DNA of 61,221 nucleotides, from positions 1 to 61,221 of the IMG/VR virus record IMGVR_UViG_3300049790_000015. The stretch is one strand, 5' to 3'. The position numbers and the translations under genes are program-made. Positions 61,016-61,221 of the stretch are shown piece by piece. Position 1 is the first letter of the stretch, and every line of letters starts with the position of its first letter. Under the pieces are notes generated by a model. That model was not told where the DNA came from. It made no database searches and worked only from the letters and a program-made list of their open reading frames with translations. The stretch comes from a virus. Its lineage: Duplodnaviria > Caudoviricetes.

Positions 61016-61183
61016 TCACTCCGCGAACAGCGTGTCTCCTTCCACGCCGTAGTCCTCGACCAGCGTCACACCAGCCGGGAAGTCCGCCTCGTCGCCGAAC
61101 GCGGCCTGGATCGCGGCGTTCACGTCGGTGCCCAGGGGCACTTCCAGGTCGCGGACCCAGGACACCCGGATCTGTCGGCTCAT
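61016..61183 (-). CDS. Acidic hypothetical protein, 55 aa (not in ORF track)
   Basis: MSRQIRVSWVRDLEVPLGTDVNAAIQAAFGDEADFPAGVTLVEDYGVEGDTLFAE; GAGAGGAG RBS. Confidence 0.7.
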   Translation of the reverse strand: MSRQIRVSWVRDLEVPLGTDVNAAIQAAFGDEADFPAGVTLVEDYGVEGDTLFAE

Positions 61184-61221
61184 TTCCGCTCCTCTCGCGG
61201 GGAGGGGACCCGCCCCCCCCC

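Overview
Apparently complete, circularly assembled ~61 kb genome of a high-GC tailed dsDNA phage of Actinomycetota (siphovirus-type gene set). The ends overlap imperfectly by ~28 nt and a promoter-gene unit reads across the junction. Almost all core genes are on the minus strand: a nucleotide-modification cluster centred on a PurZ0-type adenylosuccinate synthetase paralogue, terminase, portal-MuF fusion, ClpP-type protease, HK97 capsid, tail genes with a -1 frameshift, primase-helicase, lysin, SNF2 helicase, Cas4/RecB-like nuclease, AAA ATPase, SSB, family A polymerase and an FtsK/TraB-like operon. No integrase or ParA was recognised. Notable features: (1) a probable 2-aminoadenine (Z) genome pathway with no recognisable DatZ but three alternative nucleotide hydrolases, plus an MT-A70 methyltransferase; (2) a ~1.2 kb ORF-poor region behind two strong promoters, holding tRNA-Glu, two paralogous anticodon-less tRNA-like modules and hairpin-AACG repeats; (3) a polarised ~19-bp repeat spread roughly every 2-5 kb and read in all three frames; (4) ~27 copies of a conserved promoter, most heading single-gene cassettes around the junction; (5) two ~100-bp palindromic sites at nearly opposite points of the circle. 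All calls come from reading the sequence by eye; no database searches or folding programs were run.
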